Below are positions 24,059 through 36,714 of a DNA stretch of 64,000 bases, in pieces. The notes beneath the pieces are model-generated. The model was not told the origin of the DNA, made no database searches, and saw only the letters and a list, made by a program, of their open reading frames with translations. The position numbers and the translations under genes are program-made. Source of the stretch: Raja brachyura (taxonomy: Eukaryota); the NCBI GenBank assembly GCA_963514005.1, contig OY740816.1, positions 21,576,001 to 21,640,000 on the forward strand, written 5' to 3'. The stretch's first letter is position 1, and each line of letters starts with the position of its first letter.

Positions 24059-24894
24059 TCAACAGGCTAGCAATAGCCTTTCAATGACTCTTTGTGTTCC
24101 TGTAAGCGAGTAATCAAGAGGGCTCATGTCCTAACAAAAAGCACAACACTGAATAGACTTATCGAAACCTGAAATGAAATAAGGACATGTTGGAAGCAAC
24201 AGACCAGGCAGCATCTGTGGAGAGAAAGAGTTGACACTTTAGGCCGATGACCCTTCATCAGGTTCTAGCAAACTCATTGACCGGAAACATCAACTCTCTT
24301 TCTCAGTCCTATCTGGACTAGAGATCTGGACACACAAGTTCAAATCCCTTCAAGCAGCAGCAGAATTTAAATTTGGTGAAATACATATGGCACAAAAAGC
24401 TCATGTCAGTTAGGCTGACTATAAAACTAAAAAAACATCTGGTTCATTCGTAACTTTTCGAGAAGGAAATCTATCCAGTTTCCCACCTACCTAGTTTCCT
24501 TCAGGCAAATGAACAATCCTACTGTAACCAGAAAGCAGTGCTGAACTACTATCTACCTCATTGGTGACCCTCGGACTATCTTTGATCGGACTTTACTGGC
24601 CTTACCTTGCACTAAACGCTATTCCCATATTGTGTATCTGTACACTGCGATTGGCTCGATTGTAATCATGTGTTGTCTTTCCGCTGACTGGTTAGCACAC
24701 AGCAAAAGCTTTTCACAGTACCTCGGTGCACGTGACAATAAACTAAACTGAACCATTCTTACATGGCCAAACTTGCATGTAACTCTAGTCTCATAGTGAT
24801 GTGATTGTCACTTATGTATCATCTCAACTGGCCAGCAAGGCACTCAGTTTAAAGGCAAAAGGCCATTGCTCGATGAGTAATAAAAAGGGCTGAC

Positions 24895-25087
24895 CTGTGT
24901 CCGCATCCGTGTATCGACTCAACGACCTCTCTGATGTCCTATGACCTCTCTCCCTGCGGCGATGGCTCCGTTGTGACTCCTCGGGAATGACCCTCTCCAG
25001 CGAGTAGTCATCCAGTCGTATGCCCTTGGGGCGCTGATGGCCCAGAGTGGACGCCGATCGCCTAATTGGGCTTGTGTCTTCGATGGT
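24895..25087 (-). CDS. CACNA1A: CACNA1A exon 45, 193 nt
   Basis: tcacatcag|ACC ATC GAA GAC...GAC ACA G|gtcagc; [64 protein letters not shown](G). Confidence 0.95.
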
Positions 25088-25746
25088 CTGATGTGAGACA
25101 AAATGTGCATCATTCAAGGAGACACTCTTTTTGTAAACGTTGTTACACAGCTAATGTGAGTGTGTGAAAAGTAAAGGTTTTATTAAAAACAAAAGGCACA
25201 ATGTCTGTACAGTTGTTGAACCCAACTGTACTGAATCTTCCATCATCAAAGTGCCCTGTTCTGTCCTCAAACGTGATAAAATAACAACTTATGCATGCAT
25301 TGCCATACATACATGCATGCACTTCTTGCACACAAAAGATTACTAAATATGTCAATGTCTGATCTTCCTACCATTGTCACTTATTTTATGCAGTTGTATG
25401 ATCATAAATTCCGAATTACTAGACATTCATCTGTGGAAATATGTTTCTTAAATTATACCTTCCTCCACCGGCAATGTAATTAGTTCACACATTCTCCATT
25501 ATAAATTCTTAATGTTCGTAATAAAACAGCAGGAACAAGTTTATATGAACCATAAATCTATTAAAAACATCCTACTGTTCGCAAATGCAGTTTAGAGCTA
25601 GTCAGCGTGGATATATATAAGTTATTTATGTACCTCAAGCTGTAGCTGTAAATATTTTTACAGACAATCTTTAAGCAATAACAAAATAATTTAAGAAACA
25701 TGACTTAGTAAAATTATTAATAAATCTTTCTGGAGTATTTTCTAGA

Positions 25747-26056
25747 GGGCGGTACGGTGGCGCAGCGATAAATTTGCTGCCTCACAGCTCTTTAAGCGCC
25801 AGAGACCTGGGTTTGATCCTGACTATGGGTGCTGTCTGTACGGAGTTTGCACGTTTTCCCCGTGACTGCGTGGGTTTTCTCTGAGATCTTCGGTTTCCTC
25901 CCACACTCCAAAGACGTACTGGCTTGTAGCTTAATTGGCCTGGTATAAATATAAATTGTCCCTAGTGTGTAGGATAGTGTTAATGTGCGGGGATCGCTGG
26001 TCGGCGTGGACTTGGTGGGCCGAAGGGCTTGTTTCTGCGCTGTGTCCCTAAACTAA
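25747..26056 (+). mobile_element. tRNA-derived V-SINE (HE1-like), full length
   Basis: gggcggtacggtggcgcagcg head through to a ctaaactaaa tail. Confidence 0.8.
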
Positions 26057-26410
26057 AAGTAGCTAAAAATCTGCACTGCCTACAGAACATTCACAGCTCC
26101 TCTTCACTAATTAGAACCGCCTTCATTCCACATTCCCACACTGACGTCTCCGTTCATGACTCCCTGAAGTATCCCGATGAAGCTCAAAGTAATGTGTAGG
26201 AAGGAACTGCAGATGCCAGTTTCCATCGTAGATAGACACAAAATGCTGGAGTAACTCAACGGGACAGACTGAGCTACTCCGGCATTTTGTGTCTATCTTC
26301 GAAGCTCAAAGTAAGTTTGAAGAACAGCTTCTCATCTTCTGATCAGGCAAAGCACAACCTTCCAGAGCCAACAATGGATTCAGCAATAACAGGGAATACT
26401 TCAGGGGGTA

Positions 26411-26622
26411 GACACAAAATGTTGGAGTAACTCAGCGGGACAGGCAGCATCTCTGGAGAGAAGGAATGGGTGACGTTTCGGGTCAAGACCTTTCAACAAA
26501 CGGTCGAGACCCGAAACGTCACCCAGTCCTTCTCTCTAGAGACTCTGCCTGTCCCGCTGAGTTACTCCAGCCGTTTGTGTCTATCTTCGGTTTAAACCAA
26601 CATCTGCAGTTCCTTCTTACAC
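26411..26622. mobile_element. Penelope-derived fold-back mini-element
   Basis: Inverted arms with a 16-bp TSD aatacttcagggggta (26395-26410 and 26623-26638). A shorter neighbouring copy at 26193-26300 has a 14-bp TSD gaagctcaaagtaa. Confidence 0.8.
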
Positions 26623-27172
26623 AATACTTCAGGGGGTATTGAAGTCCACAAACTACTTGCATATACAGTATCTATGTAATCCATAGACATGAGATGTTAG
26701 TTTTAACTAAACACTTGACAGCTGTTCCACTGTTGGGCAATATGTTGTCCCAATGTCGATGTTCGTGAGCGGCAGAATTGGGCAGAATGGAAAACCAACC
26801 AACTAGGTTTTTTTTCAATACAATGCACACCTTTGTCAAACCTGGACATCACATTTTTGTGCACCCTTTGACCTGCTATAACATCCCAGATTTAGCATTA
26901 TATATTCAAATGTTCGCAACATGCAGTATGTAGTTACCAAATTGCTGACACTATTTATCGGCATGTACATATTCTATATGTAAAGAAAATATATTATGTG
27001 TACATATATCAACTATCTGTCAATGTGCTCTCTATATATACAGCTAAGCAGTGTGTGTACAAACTGGAACATATATATATATATATATATATCACAATCA
27101 AAGATACCCTCTATATACAGTATATGTATTCACTTGTCCAGTTACAGGATTTTTTGTGCATTCCCACAGTCA

Positions 27173-27430
27173 AGGGTGGCGCGGTGGTGCAGCCTGAGAG
27201 ACTGTGGGCGCTGTCTGTACGCAGTTTGTACCCTCTCCCTGTGACTGTGTGGGTCTTCTCCGGGTGCACTGGTTTCCTCCCACTCACAAAAGACGAGGAA
27301 TGTTTGTAGGTCAACTGGCTTTGGTAAAATTGCCCCCTGTGTGTGGGAGAGTGCTAGTGTATGGGGTTATTGCTGGTCAGCGCGGACTCGGTGAGCCAAT
27401 AGGACTACCTTTGCTTTCTACCTCTAAAGT
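27173..27430 (+). mobile_element. tRNA-derived V-SINE (HE1-like), deleted
   Basis: Same family motifs as the other V-SINE copies. Confidence 0.7.
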
Positions 27431-28324
27431 CTACAGCAACTAAAGTAAACCAGCAGGAGCAGCCCAATATCGACAATGCCTCTCTGCGTCTATCAACGAA
27501 CAGCAGGTGAGCATCCACCAGCTAATACCACCATGTCTGTGTGTCTCCACAATCTATTAGAAGCAAGTGTGCTTTCACTGTTCAATGTAGGATTGCATTT
27601 TTTTTGTGTGCAATTCTTACATTTTCAATGAAGATGCCTCCAGCGCAAACATAATGTTCATTCAGAATTCCCAGAAGATGTCAGTTGCCTATAATCAGCA
27701 TTGATATCAAACTAACAATCCCTTTTCAGTATAGTAAGATCCCAAAGGATAATGCCTTATGCTGCCTATGACTTATTTCCAGACACTGATTGGGAAGGAT
27801 ATTGCCTTTTCTAATTTTTTTCGAACAGTGCCAATCAGGGTGGTAAAGTTGCAATTGACCACAATCCAGCAGAAAGTTGCCGGCATTCTCACTGTGACTT
27901 CTCAATAATAGAAAACACTTGTAGACCAAGGACACCACCCTTTATCGCAATTGAGATGAACCATTCTGGCATCAGTCTGTGGTTAGCATACAAATTGAAT
28001 GCCGTTTTCTCTCTCACAGTGTGGCAAGGGTTTGCCCTTAAATCAAAACAATTCTTCAGGCAGTTAATGGTTACAACACATGCTTACTCGTGCCGGGTTT
28101 TCAATGCAGATTCATTCCAGGAACATGCAATCCTTCAGCCTCTGAGCGGGAGCTAGACCCTTGGCACGCATGCTACTGGAAGGGCATGTTCAGTTGTCCT
28201 CAGTACTGGCCTCAAAACATTTTACTACAGATCCCACAATAGTTCAGCGGACGAGGATTTTGGCGGACCTGGTGTGATTATTGCCAAGAAGGTGCCAACA
28301 TTGGGGGGTGGACCTCATTGAACC

Positions 28325-28685
28325 TCACCGGATGGTGAATGGCCTGGACGTGGAAAGGATGTTTCCACTAGTGGGAGAGTCTAGGACCAGACGTCATAGC
28401 CTCAGAATTAAAGGACGTTCCTTAGGAAGGAGATGAGGGGGGATTTCTTTAGTCAGAGGGTGATGAATCTGTGGAATTCATTGCCACAGAAGGCAATGGA
28501 GGCCAAGTCAGTGGTTAATTGTAAGGCAGAAATAGATACATTCTTGATTAGTACGGGTGTCAGGGGTTATGGGGAGAAGGCAGGAGTGTGGAGTTAGGAG
28601 GGAGAGATAGATCAGCCACGATTGAATGGAAGAGTGGACTTGATGGGCCAAATGGCCTAATTCTGCTTCTATCACCTATGAATTT
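28325..28685 (+). mobile_element. CR1 LINE 3' fragment
   Basis: ORF2 end and 3' UTR. Confidence 0.8.
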
Positions 28686-29357
28686 GTGAACATTTGGTCT
28701 ATGCTGTGTTATCTTGATCGGCGAGACTGGGACCACAGTCACTGCTCAGGGCACACGGCCAGGGAGCAGATTAGGACCCACTTAGACAACAGACCCTTTG
28801 GACAAAAATTTGAGATGAGTAAATGGAGGTCACAATACCGTTGACATTTCTGCTAAACAGAACTCCTGTCGCAGAAATTGTTTAAATAACTTAATTATAT
28901 GTACCATTATATATTGGGGAGAAGGCAGGAGAATGGGGTTGAGAGAGAGAGATAGATCAGCCATGATTGAATGGAGGAGTAGACTCGATGGGCCGAATGG
29001 CCGAATTGTGATCCTATCACTTATGAACTATTAATATTTAAACACAACTTTGAGGGGAAAAAAAAACCCTTTACAGTCAATTGAAGGACCATTCTATTCA
29101 TGAGGAAAATTTGTGGTGGCCTTTTTATTCTTTGGGGAAGGATTATGTAATTTTTGCATCACCACAGATGTTATCAACTATTAGATGTCTGCATGGAATT
29201 ATTTGGTGAAATATTGTGGTCATATTCCCCCTTCTGCCAGATAGTTGCACCCTCAACAAATGAACATGTCCAGCACATGCCAGAATCGACTAAATGAAGC
29301 CTTGAGGCAGACAAGAGTAATTGAAACACAAAAGAGAGACTAAGACAGGGTACATAC

Positions 29358-29393
29358 ACTAAGGTTATTCCCACGGTTCCGCACTTTTCTCCT
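29358..29393 (-). CDS. CACNA1A: CACNA1A exon 44, 36-nt mini-exon (a cassette exon in mammals)
   Basis: gataacag|AGG AGA AAA GTG CGG AAC CGT GGG AAT AAC CTT AGT|gtatgt = RRKVRNRGNNLS, compared with mammalian RRRGRPRGNNLS. Not shown in the ORF track. Confidence 0.92.
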
Positions 29394-29716
29394 CTGTTAT
29401 CAGCCACACAAGAGAGTGCATATTAAAAGGGCAGGAAGTAAAAAGACACAAGACAGGAGAGAAGGCAGTGACAGGACAGACGTGACAGAAAATGGCCGCA
29501 GGAGGACCCCCACATCGCAAAGGCGGCAACGAGATGTCCAGGGTTTGGGAAGAAGCCACAGGTAAGGACACAGTTGGTTTTATTGTAAGAAATAAAAAAC
29601 GTGGTAGAAGGAAAAAGCACAAAGATATAACAGTTATACATTAAGCAGATAGAAAGAGCAGAATAGAACACACCAGATGATTTCAATGTCTTTATAGAGC
29701 AGTGGATTGTCCAGAC

Positions 29717-29932
29717 TAGGGGTGGGGAACCTTTTCATGTTGAATGCCACATTGTTAGCTGTAATCATTTTAATTCATTTTAAGATTAAAATAAAAATAA
29801 TAAAAGACGAACAAAAACATATTAATAAAAATAAAAGGATTTGTTCTACAAAATTTGGATTAGTTCAAAAGGCCGCACTTAATGGCCTAGAAGGCCGCAT
29901 GCAGCCTTAAGGCTGCAGGTTCCCCACCACTG
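29717..29932. mobile_element. hAT-type MITE
   Basis: TIRs taggggtggggaacct and aggttccccaccactg; perfect 8-bp TSD gtccagac. Confidence 0.85.
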
Positions 29933-31227
29933 GTCCAGACTAACGGGATTTCCTTACGATGGAAGAATGACTCTTTCTGGGGAGGGTGGGAAAAGGTGAA
30001 GTTCTAGGATTTAGATCTATGGAATCATTGACGTCTCCCGGAGAGAACAGAGAGGGGAGATGGAGAGAGCTGGGAGGGGCAATATTATTTGAGTTCAACA
30101 CTCCCATAACTTGTAGAACAGGAGGTGAGGTCACCAGGCCAAACAGTTTGGTATATCTTTCTCCACCAGAAAAAAAGTTTTCCCTTGCTGCTCTGCCTAA
30201 AACATGACAGTCACCACACACCCCTCACCCCTGTTAGACCCTGGACTGCCAAAGGTTAAGGTCTCCTACGTTTACGAGGAGCTTTGCCATTTAGTTGACC
30301 TTACACTATGATTTACCAGCTGATACTGGCACTGTGCTATTGAACAATCAACGAGAAAGTCTGGGGCAGGCAAAATGCTGGAGTAACTTAGCGGGACAGG
30401 CAGCATCTCTGGAGAGAAGAAATGGGTGACGTTTCGGTTCGAGACCCTTCTCTATTGGTACAATGTCACTTCCAGCTCTGGGTTCAACATATTAATACAG
30501 CCTTCAGGGTGGCTGCCAAAGTTTCCAAATATTTACTCATGTTCTTTTGAATTAGCCTGCAGATTGGTTGGCCCCCTTACTGTCTGATTCCCCACCTTAG
30601 TGTATGATTCGTACTAACACCAACACCAACATCCTATACTAGTCAGTCTTGGAAGCGGTAACGATTAACTAACAACTAACGACCTGCTGTACCGCTATAA
30701 TAAGGGTACTGATTAAAGATGATCTTGAACTCCAGATTGTGCAGTTTGCTTATTTACATAGCCAATTTGGAATTATACCCTGCAAGCAATTCATTTGTAC
30801 TGGCCTCTTATATTTACTGAAGTAAATACCCTCAAGTGCTAATGAAGGAAAAATAATTCACATCAGTCTTTCAGAATAAAACTAATTTCAAAATAATTTG
30901 CATCAGAATTCCACAACACTTAGCAATATATATTTTGGTTATGAATGCTTCCAAGTTTTAAATTAGGTAATTATTTTAAAATATTTTCAAGCATACTGCT
31001 AAAATATTATAAAGTTAAGTCTGGTGTTTTGACCTGTGGCAATGCATATATGTAAAGGATTGATGAGAACTTAGCATCCTTGGAAGCCCCGTTATTAAGA
31101 TGTATTCCATGTATGATTAAACACAAACAATTTCACAGAGCAGATGGATCCTTTGATGATTGGGCTTTCCCTGTCCCCCCACCTACTCCTCCCTGCAGGT
31201 CCCTCTGGTTGGCACTTGTTCTCCTCG

Positions 31228-31565
31228 GCCTAGACACGCTAGAGGCAGCAAACATGTTCCCGATGTTGGGGGAGTCCAGAACCAGGGGCCACAGTTTAAG
31301 AATAAGGGGTAAGCCATTTAGAACGGAGATAAAGAAAAAAGTTTTCACCCAGAGTGTTGTGAATCTGTGGAATTCTCTGCCTCAGAAGGCGGTGGAGGCC
31401 AATTCTCCGGATGCTTTCAAGAGCGAATTAGATAGCGGAGTCAGGGGATATGTGGAGAAGGCAGGAACGGAGTACTGATTGTGGATGATCAACCATGATC
31501 ACAGTGAGTGGCAGTGCTGGCTTGAAGGGGCCAATGGCCAACTCCTGCACCTATTGTCTATTGTC
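31228..31565 (+). mobile_element. CR1 LINE 3' fragment
   Basis: GLDTLEAANMFPMLGESRTRGHSLRIRG. Confidence 0.85.
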
Positions 31566-31997
31566 TCTGTCTTGGCTTGCCTCTTGTGGCCTTGCACCTA
31601 AATCCCCCAAGACCTGTCCACTGGGTATGGTTGCTGGCTCCAATCAACACTTTGCTGACTTCTCGTTACTCATGGTTAATACTTCTCTCCTTAAAACTGC
31701 TGGAGTAATTCAGCCGATCAGACAGCATCTCTGGGGAACATGAATAGGAGATGTTTTGGCTCAGGACCAAAAAGGTTCCCAACCCAAAACAACACCTATT
31801 GATGATTAAAGTCCGATGAAGGGCTCCAAGCTGAAAATTCACCTGCCCATGTTCTCCAGAGATGCTGCCTGACCAACTGAGTTACTCCAACACTCTGTGT
31901 CTTTATTTGTAAACCAGCATCTGCCGTTCCTTGGGTCTCCACCTCTCTCCTCAATCTCAATTGCCATTTAATTCTCATCAAACCTACACATAATTTG

Positions 31998-32470
31998 TAG
32001 GTAGACAAAATGCTGAAGAAACTCAGCAGGTGAGGCAGCATCTATGGAGCGAAGGAATGGGTGACATTTCGGGTTGAGACCCTTCTTCAGACTGATGTGG
32101 GGGTGGTGGGGGCTGGGAAGAAGAAAAGAAGAGGCGGAGACAGTGGGCTGTGGGAGAGCTGGGAAGGGGAGGGGAAAGAGGGAGAGAGCAGGGACTTCCC
32201 GAAATTGGAGAAGTCAATATTCATACCGCTGGGGTGTAAACTACCCAAGTGAAATATGAGGTGCTGCTCCTCCAATTTGGGGTGGGACTCACTCTGGGCA
32301 TGGAGGTGGCCTAGGACGGATTTGGAATGGGAGGGGGAGTTGAAGTGCTGAGCCACCGGGAGATCAGGTTGGTTATTGTGAACTGAGCAGAGGTGTTGGG
32401 CGAAGCGATCGCCAAGCTTACGCTTGGTCTCACCGATGTAGAGCAGCCGACACCTAGAGCAGCGGATACA
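31998..32470 (-). mobile_element. Penelope-like element 3' fragment with GIY-YIG endonuclease remnant and terminal repeat
   Basis: CIRCSRC.LLYIGETKRKLGDRFAQHL...VAQHFN...EEQHLIF.LGSLHPSGMN, directly followed by the hammerhead-like unit at 32090-32063. Confidence 0.88.
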
Positions 32471-33162
32471 CATAATTTGTGATCCCCCCCACCCTTTAAA
32501 CAAGTGGGAGCCATATTATTGGAGCTCACGGTTTGCAGGTGGCGTAGGGTCTAGGCAGAGTTTGGCAGGGCTGGCGTTTGAGTTGAATGAGTAATGGTGG
32601 CACAATCCAGCTACTCTGTACAACCCAGACGCAAATTGTAGCATGTAAACGAATTGCTAAGGCCACACGAGTCCACTAAAAATGTGCACTTGGAATTCAT
32701 GGAGCAATTTGCAAACCTATTAGGATGATGCCGCTGTGGAAAACGGCACCACAGAGCCCAATCTCTCAGCTTTAGGTTCCAAATCCTTGACCCAACATTA
32801 TAACCATCATCGCTAAAAAAAACATTTGCAGAAAATGTCGTGAAATGCAGCCACTAAACAAGAGGTCACCATAATTTACATTCCGTTTAGCCCCAGGTTT
32901 AAATAATGCCAAAATAACGCCGTGATTTGTTAGACCACTGTCTCATCACTGAATCAGAAAATGATGGGTTCAAGATCAGCTCCCCAGATTTGACTACAGT
33001 GCCACAGCTTCAGTTGCCCGGATACCCATAGATATTTAGCTCCTGCTCTTCATATAAATCAGTACCACTGAATTTGTACTCGGCTTCTTAAGTTCTGTTC
33101 CACTCGAAACAAAACATGAAACTTCAGAAGTGAAAAACAAACTGCTGGAGGAACTGCCACTA

Positions 33163-33842
33163 GGGGCGTCACGGTGGCGCAGCGGTAGAGTTGCTGCCTT
33201 ACAGCGCCAGGGGCCCGGGTTCAATCCTGTCTACGGGTGCTGTCTGTACGGAGTTTGTGCCTTCTCCCCGTGACCTGCGTGGGTTTATTCCCGGGAGCCC
33301 ACACTCCAAAGACTAAACAGGATACCAATGCTGATATGAACCCATTGGACCTATACCCGAATAGAAAATTCTGCTGGGATGGCAACTGTTGGCAGGAAAA
33401 GGTACCTCTGACATGTGCCCTTCATCCCTTGGGGTATGCCCCATGGCCATGCCCTGAGACTCGGGGTCAGCAGGATACTGACCCGTCTTGGTCTCCGCCT
33501 CCAAGAGGGAGACCTGTAGCAGCTCTGTCAACTGGCGCTGCTGGTGCGGCCTGCAGAGGTGGAACATCTGGCTCAACCATACCATCAGAGTCGGGGTCAG
33601 AGCTAAGATGACCCATGGCTCGCGCCTCCTCATCCATGAGGGTGCTATCAAACAGCTCTCTACTAGGTGCTGCTGGCGCCTTTTTGTTCAGGGTGGCTAA
33701 CAGGTGTGTGGGTCAACTGGCTTGGTAAAATTGTAAATTGCCACCACTAGTGTGTGTGTGGGATAGTGTTAGTGTGCGGGGATCGCTGGTCGGCGCGGAC
33801 CCGGTGGGCCGAAGGGCCTGTTTCCATGCTGTATCTCAAAAA
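33163..33842 (+). mobile_element. V-SINE (HE1-like) split by a ~390-bp unrelated insertion
   Basis: SINE 5' half spans 33163-33312 and the 3' half spans 33701-33842. Confidence 0.75.
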
Positions 33843-34493
33843 CCAAGAAACTTAGTAGGTTGAGCAGCATCTATGGAGACAAAGGGATAGTGACCATTTT
33901 GGGGGTCGGGGGGGGGGGGGGGTTGTGTGAGACCCGATGTGCGGTCTCAACCTGACACTTCAACCACCCTTTTCCCTCCACAGATGCTGCTTGACCTGCT
34001 GAGCTCTTCCAGCAATTATGTTTTTGCTGCAGATTACAGCACCTACAGATAGAACAAGATGCTGGAGTAACTCAGTGGGACAGGCAGCATCTCTGGAGAG
34101 AAGGAACGGGTGACATTTTGGATCGTAACCGAAACATCACCCATTCCTTCTCTCTAGAGACGCCGTCCATCCCGCTGAATTACTCCAGCTTTTTGTGTCT
34201 ATGGTGTAAACCAGCGTCTGCAGTTCCTTCCTACACATTCCAGCACCTACAGTCTCGTGTCTCCAGATTTCAGCAGTGGTTTGCAACTTGAGGCTTCTGC
34301 CATAATGCTAGTCATTGGGGGCAAATGTTCCCCCATTTGTTACTTGTCCAATTTGCGTGGGCCTATTTGGAACCTATCGACGTCGACTGTGATATTTTAT
34401 GGGTGCAAATTTGTTGGTACAGATCGCATTGAAGGAGTTTAGGGTGATGGCACGCGGTGCGGGGCGCAGCAGAGTAAGTCTCACTGAGCTCAC

Positions 34494-34607
34494 TTGATTC
34501 CCTGCTGCCAGTCGTGGCATGGAGGATGCTCGACTCTGGCCTTCCATCGGGAGGTAATGGTCGCTGTCGGAGTAGGCGTCCCTCCCCATTTCTTGCATCT
34601 CCACAGC
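34494..34607 (-). CDS. CACNA1A: CACNA1A exon 43, 114 nt, frame-preserving (a cassette exon in mammals)
   Basis: tcttgcag|GCT GTG GAG ATG...AAT CAA|gtgagc; [38 protein letters not shown]. Phase 0 to 0. Confidence 0.95.
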
Positions 34608-35846
34608 CTGCAAGACAAAGCCAAATTTGGGGGGAGTATTAAAAAGAAAGGAAGCATCGGCCACAGCTGTACTCGAGCGAGCTAGCAGGCTCCTCGTACT
34701 CGGCTGCTGTGAGACTGCGGTGTGAGATCTAACACCCACCCAATATCTTCACAGAAATAAATGTCTAAGGAGAAGGGGGGGGGGGGGGGGGGGTTGGTTT
34801 TGGCTTCCACCAAATAGTTAGCCTGACCGTTGATGGTTTAATTTGCTTTCAAGAGAGAGTTAGATAGGGCTCTTAAAAATAGCGGAGTCAGGGGAGAAGT
34901 CAGGAACGGGGTACTGATTGGGGATGATCAGCCATGATCACATTGAATGGCGGTGCTCTCTCGAAGGGCCCAATGGCCTACACCTGCGCCTGTTGTCTAC
35001 TTTCAACATTTATGGAACGATGGCACTTTTGACATGACCTGCATTAATTGGCATTCGTTCATAGGTTATGGGAGCAGTAGGCTGCTCAGCCCATTGAGCG
35101 TTCCCCACCATTGCCAGGGCTTTCAAGCCTTTACTTGTAAAAACATGTGACCTAAGTCCATGTACCTCATCAAATTCAGAGGGCATCTAAACTGCCTTTG
35201 CCCCCCCCCCCCCCCCCTCCATTTCCTTAATACTTTTGAATATAGAAAATCCATGGATTCTTCATGTTAAATTGACTGCATTTGTTAAATTCATGGAATG
35301 GGAATCTGGAAGCACCAGGATTTGCTTCATTGAGGTTGGTTAGATTGCTGGAGGAAGACTGAGCAGAGAGAATGGTTGAAGTGGGCCACTGTCGAGAAGG
35401 CTGCGTTGAGATGCTTTCTTGAAATATTGCAATGCCAGGGTGCTGATAACGTTACCGTTATATTAATTTGATGACCGTTTGTTTGTAAAACCGTCAATAT
35501 AGGCAGACACAATATATAATTGTGTTAATTTGTATGTTTATTTTTATTTTTTGAATTAAAAGTATAATTTAAAAAGGGTGAGGATAATTCCACAAACTGG
35601 TATCTCCAGGGTTACGTTTGGAATCGAGATAGGGAAGTGTGAAAGAGAACTTTCTCTGAAGCAGTGATACTAAATGACTTTGAAATCAATGTTTTCAACA
35701 TCTTGTGCCCTCACAGTCACCATTTCATTTGTGTGTACGAGCAGCTGTAGGATTTGCCCATCGCTCTCACCACTAAGATCTTGGTATTATTAAGTGGGTT
35801 CAACATTTACAGTGGATGATAAACTTGTAACCCGTTGGCTGTGTTA

Positions 35847-36259
35847 AGGACCTGTCCCATTTTCACGACAATTCAAAACCTCTGCCGAGTTTAAAGGACC
35901 TAAAAAAAAAAAATCAGGATTGTGGTAATCTACGAACTCCTATGACCTTCCACGACTATGTTCACGAACTCCTATGAGTATGTCTACGAATTCCCACGAC
36001 TATTTCGATGCCCTCCTTACGAGTAAAAAGTTGCGATTTCTTTCATCCCAACCCTTTTGTTTTACTCGTGGACATTTTTTACCGGGCTGGAAAAAATGCC
36101 CCGACTTACCTGATGCCCCGAGTACGTACGGCTGGCATAACGAGCCGCTATGATATATCTACAAATTCCTATGGACTCGTTACGAACATTCTGCGAGATT
36201 GAATCAAGGGGAAAACTCGGGAGAATTTGTGAATAGCTTGTGAACGTGGGACAGGCCCT
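35847..36259. mobile_element. MITE with CCTGTCCCAC-type TIRs (PIF/Harbinger-like)
   Basis: TTA|aggacctgtccca...tgggacaggccct|TAA with imperfect long inverted arms. A partial inverted copy lies at 56270-56411. Confidence 0.7.
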
Positions 36260-36714
36260 TAAGGCTGTTTGGTCTGGGAGAAGGAAATTTCACCAGCTGC
36301 TGTTCTCGGTGAATCTGAAGCAATTCCAGGTGAGGCCAGACAAGGTTTTAATTTGGAATTAAGCTCCCTTCCTTTATGAATCTACCCCAATTGCCAGTCC
36401 CATCACCCACGTGTCCACTTTTCTTCACTGGTGTTAATCTTAGCTCAATTGCGTAGAAGATCTCACAGGACTAGTACGGAGAATGCCAAAGGGGCTTTCT
36501 GCATTGTCTTGCGCCAATGATTATTCCTTTACAAAAACTGACCATCTGCATCTGTCCTTCAGTTCCCAGTCCTGAATTGCCACCATCACCTTCTGAAGGG
36601 CAGCTAGGGAACGACAATAGGTGCTGGCTTCACCAGTGACTCACACATCCCTGGAAAATGAATAGTTACGAAATGCCTGCCGCATGTCATACAAAACCAG
36701 TGACTGCGTTTGTG

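Noticed and set aside
25747-25825. tRNA-like sequences with A and B boxes
   Set aside because: They are SINE heads continuous with SINE bodies and do not form a full cloverleaf.
27071-27092. Microsatellites: (AT)n here, (TCAA)n near 40210, (GT)n near 15498 and 51126
   Set aside because: Ordinary simple repeats.
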